DNA of 64,000 nt from an uncultured delta proteobacterium (GCA_963778115.1 CAVZSV010000004.1:1120001-1184000), one strand, 5' to 3'; shown: positions 37,805 through 47,067, counted from the first letter of the stretch. Numbers and translations are program-made. Notes: generated by a model not told the origin, from the sequence alone.

Positions 37805-38775
37805 TGCGTCGAGAGATCACCTACAATTTTAAAATGCGCAGCGTAGCGCGTTTCACTCAACATGAAAGCCGTGTTACTACACACCAGCATCGGCATATGG
37901 GTTCTGAAAAGATGGTGATCGTCTAGAATAAAAGAATGCGGATAGTCAGGTATTGTTCCTAAGTAATAAGCCACCTGACCGTAGTCCTCGCATTTGTCTT
38001 CTAACTGAGGAAGTTTGAACGCTCGAATGGTAAGCGAGGCAAAATCAATCATCCCTATCTTCTCATAAACGAAGCGGTTAGTGAGTTGGATGGGTGATCG
38101 GCTTACTACACGGTAATCCGCTACTCCGACGGCCAATAGATGCCTTCTAAAATCTTCGATATAAAGAGCGCCTGCCAAGCACTCCCCTAGTAATACCGGA
38201 TCACCGGTTAACGCTTCAGACACACGGCGACTCGCGAATACGTCAGAAAAATAGAGCTCTCCCCCGGGCTTTAGGACGCGAAAAGCCTCTTTAAAGACCC
38301 GCCTTTTGTCCGGAGAGAGATTAACGACACAATTGGAAACGATAAGATCAATAGATTCAGATTCGACTCCCGCCGATTGCAGATCCTCTAAGTAACCTTT
38401 CACGAAGTGGACATTAGACTGAGCAAACCCAAAAATGTTCGAATGATAGCCTTGATGGCGGCGAGCCACTTCCAACTGCTCGTCGGTCATATCGATTCCA
38501 ATGACTTTGCCGGAAGGGCCTACTAGCTTTGACAGCAAATAAGTATCCCTTCCCGAACCACAGCCCAAATCAAGGACCGTTTTTCCTTCGAGAAGAGCAG
38601 GAAAGGGAGCTCCACATCCGTAAAACCGCTCCTTAACCTCCGGATGAATCTGATCGGCAATGGATCGAATGGCTAGAGGAAGTGCTTCGGCCGAACAACA
38701 CGCCGTGGTTTTTAGATCTCGTCCAGAACTAAGAATCTTACCGTAATACTCCTTAACGCTTTCTAAGATCTCCAT
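37735..38775 (-). CDS. arsM: Arsenite S-adenosylmethionine methyltransferase (ArsM/AS3MT-like)
   Basis: VKEYYGK, DLKTTACC, FYGCG, LDLGCGSGRD, IGIDMT, SNCVVNLS, GECLAGALY; C-terminal GACC. Confidence 0.92.
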   Translation of the reverse strand: MEILESVKEYYGKILSSGRDLKTTACCSAEALPLAIRSIADQIHPEVKERFYGCGAPFPALLEGKTVLDLGCGSGRDTYLLSKLVGPSGKVIGIDMTDEQLEVARRHQGYHSNIFGFAQSNVHFVKGYLEDLQSAGVESESIDLIVSNCVVNLSPDKRRVFKEAFRVLKPGGELYFSDVFASRRVSEALTGDPVLLGECLAGALYIEDFRRHLLAVGVADYRVVSRSPIQLTNRFVYEKIGMIDFASLTIRAFKLPQLEDKCEDYGQVAYYLGTIPDYPHSFILDDHHLFRTHMPMLVCSNTAFMLSETRYAAHFKIVGDLSTHYGLLNCAPSLESSKPDSSGACC

Positions 38776-38786
38776 ACGGGTATCCT

Positions 38787-39632
38787 TTACTGCTGCAAGA
38801 ACTCAAGGATCTTTCTCTTTTCCGGAGATAGACTCTCGGGGCTAGTAACGACGGCATGCTTCAACGCTGTCCGCGACGGGCTCTTTGAAAGATCCACAGG
38901 TTCCGAGAGAACCGAACCTAAAAGTTCAAGCACTCTTCCAATATTACGTTGATAAAAAGCCATAATCTCTGACGAAGAGGCATGTTGGTTCGGATCCTCA
39001 AGCCAACAATCGTAATCGGTAACGATCCCTAGCGTCACGTAGCCCAATTGCGCTTCGAGCGCCAGAAAGGACTCAGGCACATTGGTCATTCCCACCAGAT
39101 CACAACCGGATTGCCGCAAGAAATGGCTTTCCGCTTTGGTTCCCAATCGTGGACCCTCGACAGTGGCGTAAACCAAGTCGTCTCTCAGCTCAACTCCGTT
39201 TTTTCGCGCGCATTGTTTAATGTGCGCCCTTAATACCGGACAGGAGGGTTGGGCCGTGGAAACGTGAGCGACCATGCCGTCCCCAAAAAAGCTAGACGCT
39301 CGACGCCCGCGAGTCCAATCGAAATATTGCGAGACTAGGCCCATATCTCCAGGGCGCAGGGCCTCACGAAGACTACCCGTTGCCGAGAGGCTGATAATCC
39401 CTAGAACCCCCGAGGCCTTCAATGCCCAAATGTTAGCGCGATAGTTAATCTCGCTAGGCAGCAAAGAATGCGAAGTTCCATGCCTAGCCAAAAAACGCAC
39501 TTCTTGATTGCCCCAACGGCCATAGATCACAGCTGACGAAGGCTCCCCAAAAGGGGTATCGCATTTCTTCTCCCCTAAAATCGTAAGTCCTTCTAAACGA
39601 TAAAGACCAGTTCCGCCAATAATTCCAAGCAT
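38787..39632 (-). CDS. mtnP: 5'-methylthioadenosine phosphorylase family (MTAP/MtnP)
   Basis: GIIGGTGLY, TPFGEPS, FLARHG, INYRANIWALK, GSLRE, VEGPRL, VGMTNVPE, VTDYDCW. Confidence 0.9.
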   Translation of the reverse strand: MLGIIGGTGLYRLEGLTILGEKKCDTPFGEPSSAVIYGRWGNQEVRFLARHGTSHSLLPSEINYRANIWALKASGVLGIISLSATGSLREALRPGDMGLVSQYFDWTRGRRASSFFGDGMVAHVSTAQPSCPVLRAHIKQCARKNGVELRDDLVYATVEGPRLGTKAESHFLRQSGCDLVGMTNVPESFLALEAQLGYVTLGIVTDYDCWLEDPNQHASSSEIMAFYQRNIGRVLELLGSVLSEPVDLSKSPSRTALKHAVVTSPESLSPEKRKILEFLQQ

Positions 39633-39715
39633 GGTTAACCTCTTAGGGGCCGATTCTGGTTTAAGACTTTACGGAAGTACAGCACGTTTTGCATCGTCGA
39701 CAGAAAGTAGATTCT

Positions 39716-40945
39716 ATGACATCAGTGGAGAAAATGTTGAACCCCTACCGAGAATTAAAGAACTTCCCCCTCCCTTTGTGGATTCTGTTTCTCGCGACAC
39801 TGATGAATCGGATGGGGACGATGGTTGTGCCCTTTCTGGCCATCTATCTGACCCGTCGAAGGGGCTTTTCGGTGGAAGAGGCGGGATTTATCCTAGGATG
39901 TTACGGTGTTGGGGCCCTCGTTGCGGGCTTAGTGGGGAGCTGGTTGTGTGACAGGCTGGGAACAGTGCGAGTCATGGTATTTTCGCTCTTTGTCTCCTCG
40001 GCCATCATGTTCGCGTTCCCCTTGGCCGAAAGCGCTCTGGCCATTGAAGGCCTTACGATCCTGCTGTCACTTTTTAATGAAATTTTTCGTCCGGCCAGCA
40101 TGATTCTCACCGGGCTTTACGCAACCCCTAGTACCAGGAAGTCCGCTTTCGCCTTAAATCGACTCGCTATCAATATCGGTATGAGTATCGGACCCGCGAT
40201 GGGAGGACTGCTCGCCGAACTCTCCTTTTTTTGGATATTTCTCGTGGATGGAATCACGACACTTTGCGCTGCCTTCGTGATGATGATCTTCTCCAGTCGT
40301 CTGCGAGAAATCGAGACGAAAAATCGCAGGCATCCCGAACAAAAAGTCAGTGCCCCCCTGCTAACCACTCTTGGAAGTGCCATTAAAGACTCTCGCCTCC
40401 GGTTTTTCCTAATTCCGGTGATACTGATTCTCATCGTTTACGAACAACACGAGTCCACCCTGCCTATCTTCTTAGTCAGAGACTTGGGGCTTAAGCCTTC
40501 TACCTATGGACTTACCTTTACTCTCAATACCTTGATGGTCATCTTTCTTGAGTTCCCCATTAATGCATCAACGTCTCATTGGTCGACGGCGAAGACCCTG
40601 TTTCTGGGATCGTTATTTTTTGCGTTTGGCTTTGGAATCTTAATCTTCGCTCCCCATTTTTGGGGAGTGATCACAGGGGTGGCAATGTGGACTTTCGGAG
40701 AGATGATCCTATTTTCGGCGGCAGGCGCGTATGTCGCCAATATTTCACCTCAAGGCAGTGAAGGGGCTTACATGGGAATTTATAGTAGCAGCATGGGACT
40801 GGCCTTTATTTTAGCCCCGTGGTTGGGTTCTTTCGTCCTCGAACAGTGGGGAGCCCAGTGGTTGTGGGGATGGTGCTTTGTGCTGGCAATGGGGGCGGGA
40901 GTGCTATTTGCGAGGGCGAGGAAAGAAAATGTGAGTGTGGCTTAA
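39716..40945 (+). CDS. Major facilitator superfamily transporter (efflux-type)
   Basis: About 12 hydrophobic segments, GSWLCDRLG motif A, NIGMSIGPAMGG, WTFGEMI, GAYMG. Confidence 0.9.
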   Translation: MTSVEKMLNPYRELKNFPLPLWILFLATLMNRMGTMVVPFLAIYLTRRRGFSVEEAGFILGCYGVGALVAGLVGSWLCDRLGTVRVMVFSLFVSSAIMFAFPLAESALAIEGLTILLSLFNEIFRPASMILTGLYATPSTRKSAFALNRLAINIGMSIGPAMGGLLAELSFFWIFLVDGITTLCAAFVMMIFSSRLREIETKNRRHPEQKVSAPLLTTLGSAIKDSRLRFFLIPVILILIVYEQHESTLPIFLVRDLGLKPSTYGLTFTLNTLMVIFLEFPINASTSHWSTAKTLFLGSLFFAFGFGILIFAPHFWGVITGVAMWTFGEMILFSAAGAYVANISPQGSEGAYMGIYSSSMGLAFILAPWLGSFVLEQWGAQWLWGWCFVLAMGAGVLFARARKENVSVA

Positions 40946-41016
40946 GAACTTGAGACGGAGTTACCTTTAGATTTTCTGTCATGGCGAGAAGCGAAGCGAC
41001 TCTGCAAAAATCCCTC

Positions 41017-41045
41017 TTGCTAGTTTTTCTTATTTTCTCTATCCT
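41017..41045 (+). promoter_or_regulatory. Sigma70-type promoter upstream of the leader peptide
   Basis: TTGCTA-n17-TATCCT. Confidence 0.6.
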
Positions 41046-41083
41046 AGATCTCAGTAACGTCTCTCCACTAAGGAGGCCTGCAT

Positions 41084-41140
41084 ATGGAAAATTTAATCTC
41101 GGGAAGCCAGGACCTCTTCTGCGTCACCGCAAACTACTAG
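41084..41140 (+). CDS. 18-aa leader peptide (uORF) of the rsgA-GNAT unit
   Basis: TAAGGAGG RBS; MENLISGSQDLFCVTANY-TAG; immediately followed by an anti-SD sequence. Confidence 0.65.
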   Translation: MENLISGSQDLFCVTANY

Positions 41141-41238
41141 TTCTGGTTCTCCCAATATCACTTTCTAAACTTTTTTAAATTCAGTCCGTGGGCACCGGTG
41201 CGTTTTCGCACCTCGGCTCCGGCTAAGGGAGAACCATG
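41101..41238 (+). promoter_or_regulatory. Putative translational attenuator with alternative pairings
   Basis: TGGTTCTCCC (41144-41153) is the exact complement of GGGAGAACCA (41227-41236, the RBS plus the A of ATG). GGGAAGCCAGGA (41101-41112) can pair alternatively with 41141-41153. Confidence 0.65.
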
Positions 41239-42312
41239 TCTTTAACAGACAGAACACTACTGCACCCCCTCGGGTGGTGCGAATTTTTTGAAGCGCAATG
41301 GGAAACTTTAAATAGAAACGATTGGGTTCCCGCACGAATCGTCGGAGAGGAACGGGATTGCTTTCGGATTCAAACGGGCAGAGGTGTCTTTTGGGCTGAG
41401 ATCTCGGGCCATTTTCGTTTCGCTGTCAGCCAACGTTGCGAACTGCCTGCTATCGGAGATTGGGTAGCTTGCGGCCTTCAACTAGGAAATGAACGCGCGA
41501 CCATTCATCACCGGTTTCACAGACGCTCTTGTCTGAAACGCAAAATGGTAGGAGGGACTCATCAAGAACAGATCTTAGCGGCTAATGTGGATATCGCTCT
41601 GATCACAACCTCAGCGAATGGAGATCTTAATTTACGACGATTAGAGCGTTATCTCGCTCTAGTCTGGGACAGTGGAGCGGTTCCCCTAGTCCTTCTAACC
41701 AAGGCTGACCTCGCCACCGATTTGGAGGCAGCCATCATTGAGATTTCGGGTATTGCTCCGGGAGTAGAGATACACGCGGTCAGTGGCGTTACGGGATTCG
41801 GCATGGACGAACTTTCAAGATCGCTTCATGCCGGAAAAACCATCGTGCTATTGGGCTCGTCTGGAGTGGGAAAATCCACTTTGGTCAATTTCCTGATGGG
41901 CCGAGAAGCCGCAAAGACCCAAACTATCCGGGAGAAAGACGACAGGGGACGTCATACGACAACATCGCGTCATCTGTTCGAACTTCCCGGTTTGGGAATG
42001 CTTATCGATACGCCCGGGATGAGAGAGCTCGGACTACTCGATCATGAAGAGGGGCTCAAAACTCTTTTCGATGATATCGAGGCCCTTTCGCTGCGCTGTC
42101 GGTTTTCCGACTGCCAGCACCGCACGGAGCCAGGTTGTCAGATTAAGATAGCCCTAGCCAATGGAGACCTAACTCCCGAAAGGATGGAAAGCTTCCGAAA
42201 ACTTCAGAGGGAAATCTTGTTTGAGAAACGTAAATCAGATAAAGCCTTCGCTAGTGAGAGTCGGAAGGAATGGAAACGGGCGAGTAAGGCCCTGCGGATA
42301 AGGAGGTACTAA
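41236..42312 (+). CDS. rsgA: Ribosome small subunit-dependent GTPase A, long form
   Basis: PAIGDWV, AANVD, RRLERY, LTKADL, GSSGVGKSTL, GRHTTT, IDTPGMRE, CRFSDCQHRTEPGC. Confidence 0.93.
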   Translation: MSLTDRTLLHPLGWCEFFEAQWETLNRNDWVPARIVGEERDCFRIQTGRGVFWAEISGHFRFAVSQRCELPAIGDWVACGLQLGNERATIHHRFHRRSCLKRKMVGGTHQEQILAANVDIALITTSANGDLNLRRLERYLALVWDSGAVPLVLLTKADLATDLEAAIIEISGIAPGVEIHAVSGVTGFGMDELSRSLHAGKTIVLLGSSGVGKSTLVNFLMGREAAKTQTIREKDDRGRHTTTSRHLFELPGLGMLIDTPGMRELGLLDHEEGLKTLFDDIEALSLRCRFSDCQHRTEPGCQIKIALANGDLTPERMESFRKLQREILFEKRKSDKAFASESRKEWKRASKALRIRRY

Positions 42313-42315
42313 CCT

Positions 42316-43089
42316 ATGAGCTATTCCCATGAGGATATTAAAAAGATACTGGTGGATCGGATGCGGGAAACTCTGTCTACCCCTTCGTGCCAAAGGGAAA
42401 ATTTTCCTCATATGGTCCGATGTGTGGGGGAAAGTCCCTGCGAAATGGATAATAGTGTCATTTGGGCTTCGGTATCGACACTTGAAGATTATAGGGAGTT
42501 GGTCACTACCCAGAAAAGATTTTACGCCGACTTGGGGAAATCTTTTGAGTGGAAATACTGGCAACTTTTCCAGCCTGAAGCTTTAAAGAAAATCCTACTT
42601 GAAGAGGGTTTTGAGGAAGGAGAAAGAGAAGAGCTCCTGGTCTGGCATTCGGGGCTTCCCTTTCCAGAAGTAAACTCACGTCTTAGGGTTCGTGAAGTGC
42701 AAATCCCCGAGGAGCTGCCACTACTAGCTATTATACAGGAAAAACTCTGGCGGAAAGACCTCCGTGGATTTATCAGACGCCTCGAAGAGGAGAAAGCGGC
42801 AAGGCCAGATTCCCTTCACGTTTTTGGCGCGACCACCGAAACCGGCGAAATGATAGCTACCGGACTCATGCGAATCGAAGGGGATTTGGTAATGCTACAC
42901 GCGGGCGCCACCTTGCCTGAGTATCGAAGGCAAGGTGCATTTACGAAGCTGGTACGAACCCGCCTTGAACTCGCAAAACAAATAGGGGCGAAATTGGTTG
43001 GTGTAGATGCGTCTCCACGTAGCCTTCCGATATTACTTAAGATGGGTTTTTTAAGCTTGGGAGAGACAATTCCGTTTGTTTATCATTAG
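42316..43089 (+). CDS. GNAT family N-acetyltransferase
   Basis: GATLPEYRRQG, VDASPRSLPILLKMGF. Confidence 0.85.
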   Translation: MSYSHEDIKKILVDRMRETLSTPSCQRENFPHMVRCVGESPCEMDNSVIWASVSTLEDYRELVTTQKRFYADLGKSFEWKYWQLFQPEALKKILLEEGFEEGEREELLVWHSGLPFPEVNSRLRVREVQIPEELPLLAIIQEKLWRKDLRGFIRRLEEEKAARPDSLHVFGATTETGEMIATGLMRIEGDLVMLHAGATLPEYRRQGAFTKLVRTRLELAKQIGAKLVGVDASPRSLPILLKMGFLSLGETIPFVYH

Positions 43090-44144
43090 TCGGAGACTTC
43101 GGGGAGGTCCCAAACAGCGATCGCTTTTAAAGAGAGCGCGTAGGAAGTCAGCCTATCTCCATCAGGAGAAAATTTAATAAGGTCCCTATGATGGTCAGTG
43201 GGATAGTTTGCGATCCACGTATGCCCCTTAGAAGTCACCTGGTAGATATCGGTGCTATCCCAATTTTTCACGGCCAACTTTCGGCCGTCGTCGGATAGAA
43301 GTAATTCAGGTTGGGTTTGTTTATTCGCTCCTTCAAACGAAAGTTCTTCAATGGGATCACTAGAACCAAAACTAAAAATAGAGACGTCTCCGGCAAATTT
43401 GCCGACATACAGCCTGTTTTTTGAGATTGCAACTTCAAGAGCGCCCTCGATCCACTCATCGAAGATCTCTTTATCTGGACTATCGCGTCTCCATACTCGA
43501 ACCCGATTATCGTGGGTCACCGAGGCGACATGGGTCTGACTGAAACTAACTCCTCGAATCTTATTTTCAGACATCGGGTCCGCGAATTCGGAAGGAACAA
43601 AAGTAAGCAGACGTCTTATAGAAGTAATATCTTGATAGTCATAGAGATTCATCTTACCGGCCACCCCCGCCCGTAACATTAAATTTTCGATGGAAGACCA
43701 TTGGCAAGGAAAGTCAGGACCCGGCAAGGGTTGTGAAGTGATGCTAATGGGATCCCACATCTTTCTCCGGTAAGCGTCTGCTACGGAGGCGGTGTACGCC
43801 CCACTTTCACGAAGTAAGAAGTGATGAGTTACTGTCCTCGACGTTTCCTCGTTCGTAATATGGTAGGAGCTGATATCGGGAACACTGCCGGGGAAGTGAA
43901 TTCTGCCTGTTCCAACCCTTTTCCTATCTTCAAGCCGATACATTTCCATTCTTCCGTCCATCGTTACCACATTCAATAGGTCGGAATCGGGGACAAAGGC
44001 CAAGGCCGATCCTCCTGCAGCGGAAATCGGGATGATAAAACGAGGAAGAACGCCTTGGGCATATACCCCTCTGTAACAACCCTGATTGGCATAGCTGTTT
44101 AATGCTGAGAAAAATGTGAATAGAACAACGAAGACCCGGGCCAT
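43086..44144 (-). CDS. Secreted WD40/beta-propeller-like protein
   Basis: Signal peptide ending SYA; ASVTHDNRVRVW, LSDDGRKLAV, FSPDGDRL, IAVWDL. Confidence 0.7.
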   Translation of the reverse strand: MARVFVVLFTFFSALNSYANQGCYRGVYAQGVLPRFIIPISAAGGSALAFVPDSDLLNVVTMDGRMEMYRLEDRKRVGTGRIHFPGSVPDISSYHITNEETSRTVTHHFLLRESGAYTASVADAYRRKMWDPISITSQPLPGPDFPCQWSSIENLMLRAGVAGKMNLYDYQDITSIRRLLTFVPSEFADPMSENKIRGVSFSQTHVASVTHDNRVRVWRRDSPDKEIFDEWIEGALEVAISKNRLYVGKFAGDVSIFSFGSSDPIEELSFEGANKQTQPELLLSDDGRKLAVKNWDSTDIYQVTSKGHTWIANYPTDHHRDLIKFSPDGDRLTSYALSLKAIAVWDLPEVSD

Positions 44145-44252
44145 CTACACCTCCAGCATGGCTCCCGCCCCATGACGTACCCCGAATGTCTAGCCGAGCT
44201 TTTGTAGCTAAAATAGCGCCGCAATACCAGAGATTTCCCTCAAGTAGAGCAT

Positions 44253-45950
44253 CTATCCGCCATTCTTAAGGAAATTACACCCATGCCTGGGAACGCTAGG
44301 AAGCTCAGAGAGGCCTCGATGCAGGAAGTAATCGCTTTTGGTTTCGAATCCCGCCTTAAAAGTGGATTCGGTGAGTTTATAGACGTTATTTAAGGCCATG
44401 TATTCGGAGTACTTTGAATCGTTCCAGTCGGTACACCAAACCGCATCCGAATCTTTGAGACCGCGCTTTAGAGAAGCATTCACGTAATTGGACCCTTTGC
44501 CGCCCAACAGATTATTAATGTCATCTACTAGATCGAAGCTATCGCGCTCGGTAGTGATAAAAAATACGTTTTCGCAGCCGGCAAGTTTGAGCGCGGTCGA
44601 TGGAAAGGGATCCGCATAGCCTCCCACCGAAACCAATTGTTTAGCGGCGGCAACAACGGCCTTTGGAAAATTCTCAGCAAGTTTCGGATGGAGTTCCAGC
44701 CAACGTTTCAACACTCGATTAAATTCCGCAGCTTCCGAGATAGAAGGCTCAGCGGGAGAGGTTTGAAGACCCACCGCCCAGGGGAATCCTGGCAAGCCAT
44801 AGAACTTGTCAGTCTTCACATCCACTGGCCCTTTTTTCCTTTCGAGAGCTATCGCATTTTCGATCGATTCCAATTTGTCATTAGGGCCAAAATTTCCCAC
44901 GCGGAATTCATTGGCATAATCGAGGTTGAGTTGAATCTCTCTCTCTGCTTTCCAGTAAGCCGCTTTGGCCTTCTCCATCTTTTCATACCCGTTTCCCACC
45001 ACGAGTCCCGTCATCACGATGGCAGGGAAATACTCTCCCATTGGTTCGTTAATCCGATCGGAATCTCGCGGGGTATTGTCATGAGCCCGATAATCGGACA
45101 TTAAGACTTCCCATTTTTTCTTGCAGGCCGTAGGTTTTCGGATGTCACTATTTACAAAAGCCTCAATGTCATTGGGATCATAATTATCGTAAGCGATTTG
45201 TCCCCACGTCTTCTCCTTCAAAGTGTCTGGTTTGCAAGCCTTAAACCAATCTGTCCAGTGAGCGCCATTCTCATAATCGCGCGCGGCGTAGAAGTTTCCA
45301 ATCCAGCCCATTACGGTGGCGACCCCTTCGAAAGTGATAGGAAAAGGACGCAAGAACACCTTGTTGCTATCGACCTTAAACATTCCCAGGCCAAGCGCCT
45401 GTTTGTAATCATTGTAATGATAGCTCTTATCGGGAGAGTCTCGGAAAAGGTTTTCGAAGCGCTTATTATAGAAAATTCCTAGGAGCGAACTAAAATGGCG
45501 GTAGTCGTAATCATCTAACTGAGGAGGAGTTACTCCGTCACTTTTTTTAGTGAAACTTTTCTCCTGAATCTGCTTTAGCGATGCTAGAAAGTTATAGAAA
45601 GAAATCGCCTCTTTTCGTCCCGGACTTGATTCAAAAAATCCCACTAGCGACTTTAGCATCAAAGAAACTCTCTGAGCTTTCTCTTCCTTGCTGCACTTGC
45701 AGTTTGCGATTTCTGGATTTTGAAGCATGCTCTCGATGAGGAACATCGTAATCGAAGCGGAGCTAGAGCCCGCGGCAAGATCGAACATTCCGTAATAACT
45801 AATGATGTGGGCCAATGAGTGGAAGTGGGCAAAGATAGCATCTCCGTTGCCTTGAATGGCCGCACAAAAACGAGGGGAGGTTACAGAAGCGTGGGCCTGC
45901 CTGGGGACCATTGCCCCTATGATTAAGAGCAGCCCCAATAAGCGCACCAT
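44253..45950 (-). CDS. Secreted hypothetical protein with patatin-like N-terminal motifs
   Basis: Signal peptide ending AHA; AIQGNG and AAGSSSAS resemble the patatin oxyanion loop and nucleophile elbow; ATG 45950 follows GGAGGG. Confidence 0.55.
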   Translation of the reverse strand: MVRLLGLLLIIGAMVPRQAHASVTSPRFCAAIQGNGDAIFAHFHSLAHIISYYGMFDLAAGSSSASITMFLIESMLQNPEIANCKCSKEEKAQRVSLMLKSLVGFFESSPGRKEAISFYNFLASLKQIQEKSFTKKSDGVTPPQLDDYDYRHFSSLLGIFYNKRFENLFRDSPDKSYHYNDYKQALGLGMFKVDSNKVFLRPFPITFEGVATVMGWIGNFYAARDYENGAHWTDWFKACKPDTLKEKTWGQIAYDNYDPNDIEAFVNSDIRKPTACKKKWEVLMSDYRAHDNTPRDSDRINEPMGEYFPAIVMTGLVVGNGYEKMEKAKAAYWKAEREIQLNLDYANEFRVGNFGPNDKLESIENAIALERKKGPVDVKTDKFYGLPGFPWAVGLQTSPAEPSISEAAEFNRVLKRWLELHPKLAENFPKAVVAAAKQLVSVGGYADPFPSTALKLAGCENVFFITTERDSFDLVDDINNLLGGKGSNYVNASLKRGLKDSDAVWCTDWNDSKYSEYMALNNVYKLTESTFKAGFETKSDYFLHRGLSELPSVPRHGCNFLKNGG

Positions 45951-46042
45951 GAGTCTTCCCTCCGCACAAACAACACCCCATCTATAACTCATCGCATTAA
46001 TCAATCAAGTACTAAACCAATGCGATCAATGGAGGGAGGGAA

Positions 46043-46894
46043 CTAGAAGTTAGCCGCTTTGGAGCTGTCATCGGGGCGGGATCGCTTCATAAGTGCGGAA
46101 CGGTTTGGGCCTCGACGGACCTTTCGGGAGAAACGGGTTTCTCCCATAAGAACAATGGGGATGGTGTTCGCCAAAAGATAGAGATCTAAGGACCAACACC
46201 TTCGCATCACGTATCTGCCATCGAAAGCGAACTTAACTTTTCCGTTGATGTCGTTCGGAAGAGTTGCCTGCCACAGCCCCGTAAGACCCGGCTTGATGGC
46301 AAAACGAATGTAATGTTTTGTTAAGATGGTGGCAGTATCGTTCATCGAAAATGGCCTAGGTCCTACAATGGACATATCTCCCTTAAAGACGTTCCAAAGT
46401 TGCGGTAGCTCATCCAACTTATGTTCGCGAAGAAATTTACCGACCTTCGTCGCGCTATTTCTTTTCGGCTTCTCAAGGGGCTTTAGGAAATGAATATTTT
46501 CTCCCTGAATCATGGGCAGCGTTCTGAACTTTAAAATCCAAAAGGGTTTTGCGAAACGTCCCCCGCGCAATTGCCGAAAAAAGACAGGCCCTTTGGAATC
46601 AATTTTTATAGCGATGGCACAGGCTATGAGTAACGGCGAGATCATCAACACCAAAGCTACCGCTACCACGAGATCAAATGCCCGTTTTGTCCGTTCATAA
46701 GTTTTTTTTCTCTCAGCTTCTGCCGTCCAATACGTCATGTCCGTCAGTACGGCGAGTAACTCGTCATTCACAAATCCGTGCTGATGATTTCGAAGCGCTC
46801 TGGGGGCCCATTCGTTGTAAGGGGGCGACAACCGCTGCAACCGAGCGATGACAAGCTCTTCAAGGGAAGGGCTATGACTCTTTTTTGACTTCAT
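46043..46894 (-). CDS. Priming sugar (phosphoglycosyl) transferase, Bac_transf/WcaJ-like catalytic domain
   Basis: KRAFDL, GPVFFRQ, KFRT, KLDELPQLWNVFKGDMSIVGPRP, KPGLTGLWQ. Confidence 0.92.
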   Translation of the reverse strand: MKSKKSHSPSLEELVIARLQRLSPPYNEWAPRALRNHQHGFVNDELLAVLTDMTYWTAEAERKKTYERTKRAFDLVVAVALVLMISPLLIACAIAIKIDSKGPVFFRQLRGGRFAKPFWILKFRTLPMIQGENIHFLKPLEKPKRNSATKVGKFLREHKLDELPQLWNVFKGDMSIVGPRPFSMNDTATILTKHYIRFAIKPGLTGLWQATLPNDINGKVKFAFDGRYVMRRCWSLDLYLLANTIPIVLMGETRFSRKVRRGPNRSALMKRSRPDDSSKAANF

Positions 46895-46914
46895 GCGAAA
46901 GTGCCTTCAACTGC

Positions 46915-46942
46915 TAATCGGCACTTACAAATGGAAACTGTA
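46915..46942 (-). promoter_or_regulatory. Sigma28 (FliA)-like promoter
   Basis: Minus strand TACAG-n15-GCCGATTA upstream of 46894. Confidence 0.6.
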
Positions 46943-46967
46943 GGAGACCAGGGTAACTGGGATTTAC

Positions 46968-46995
46968 TCAAGAAATTTCTTAACTTAACCGAATA
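46968..46995 (+). promoter_or_regulatory. Sigma28 (FliA)-like promoter
   Basis: TCAAG-n15-ACCGAATA upstream of 47068. Confidence 0.6.
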
Positions 46996-47067
46996 AAGGA
47001 GCACGATCGATAGCGCGGCTTTCGAAAAAAGCTTTCTGAGAAAAACTCAGACAGCGGGAGTCACTCA

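Noticed and set aside
35315..38775. Arsinothricin (arsL-arsM) cluster
   Set aside because: The radical SAM has ArsS-type motifs and is flanked by the arsenosugar-associated transferases; an HMM comparison would settle it.
40981..41178. 65-aa ORF upstream of rsgA
   Set aside because: It spans the predicted promoter and has no good RBS; the 18-aa uORF with TAAGGAGG explains the region better.
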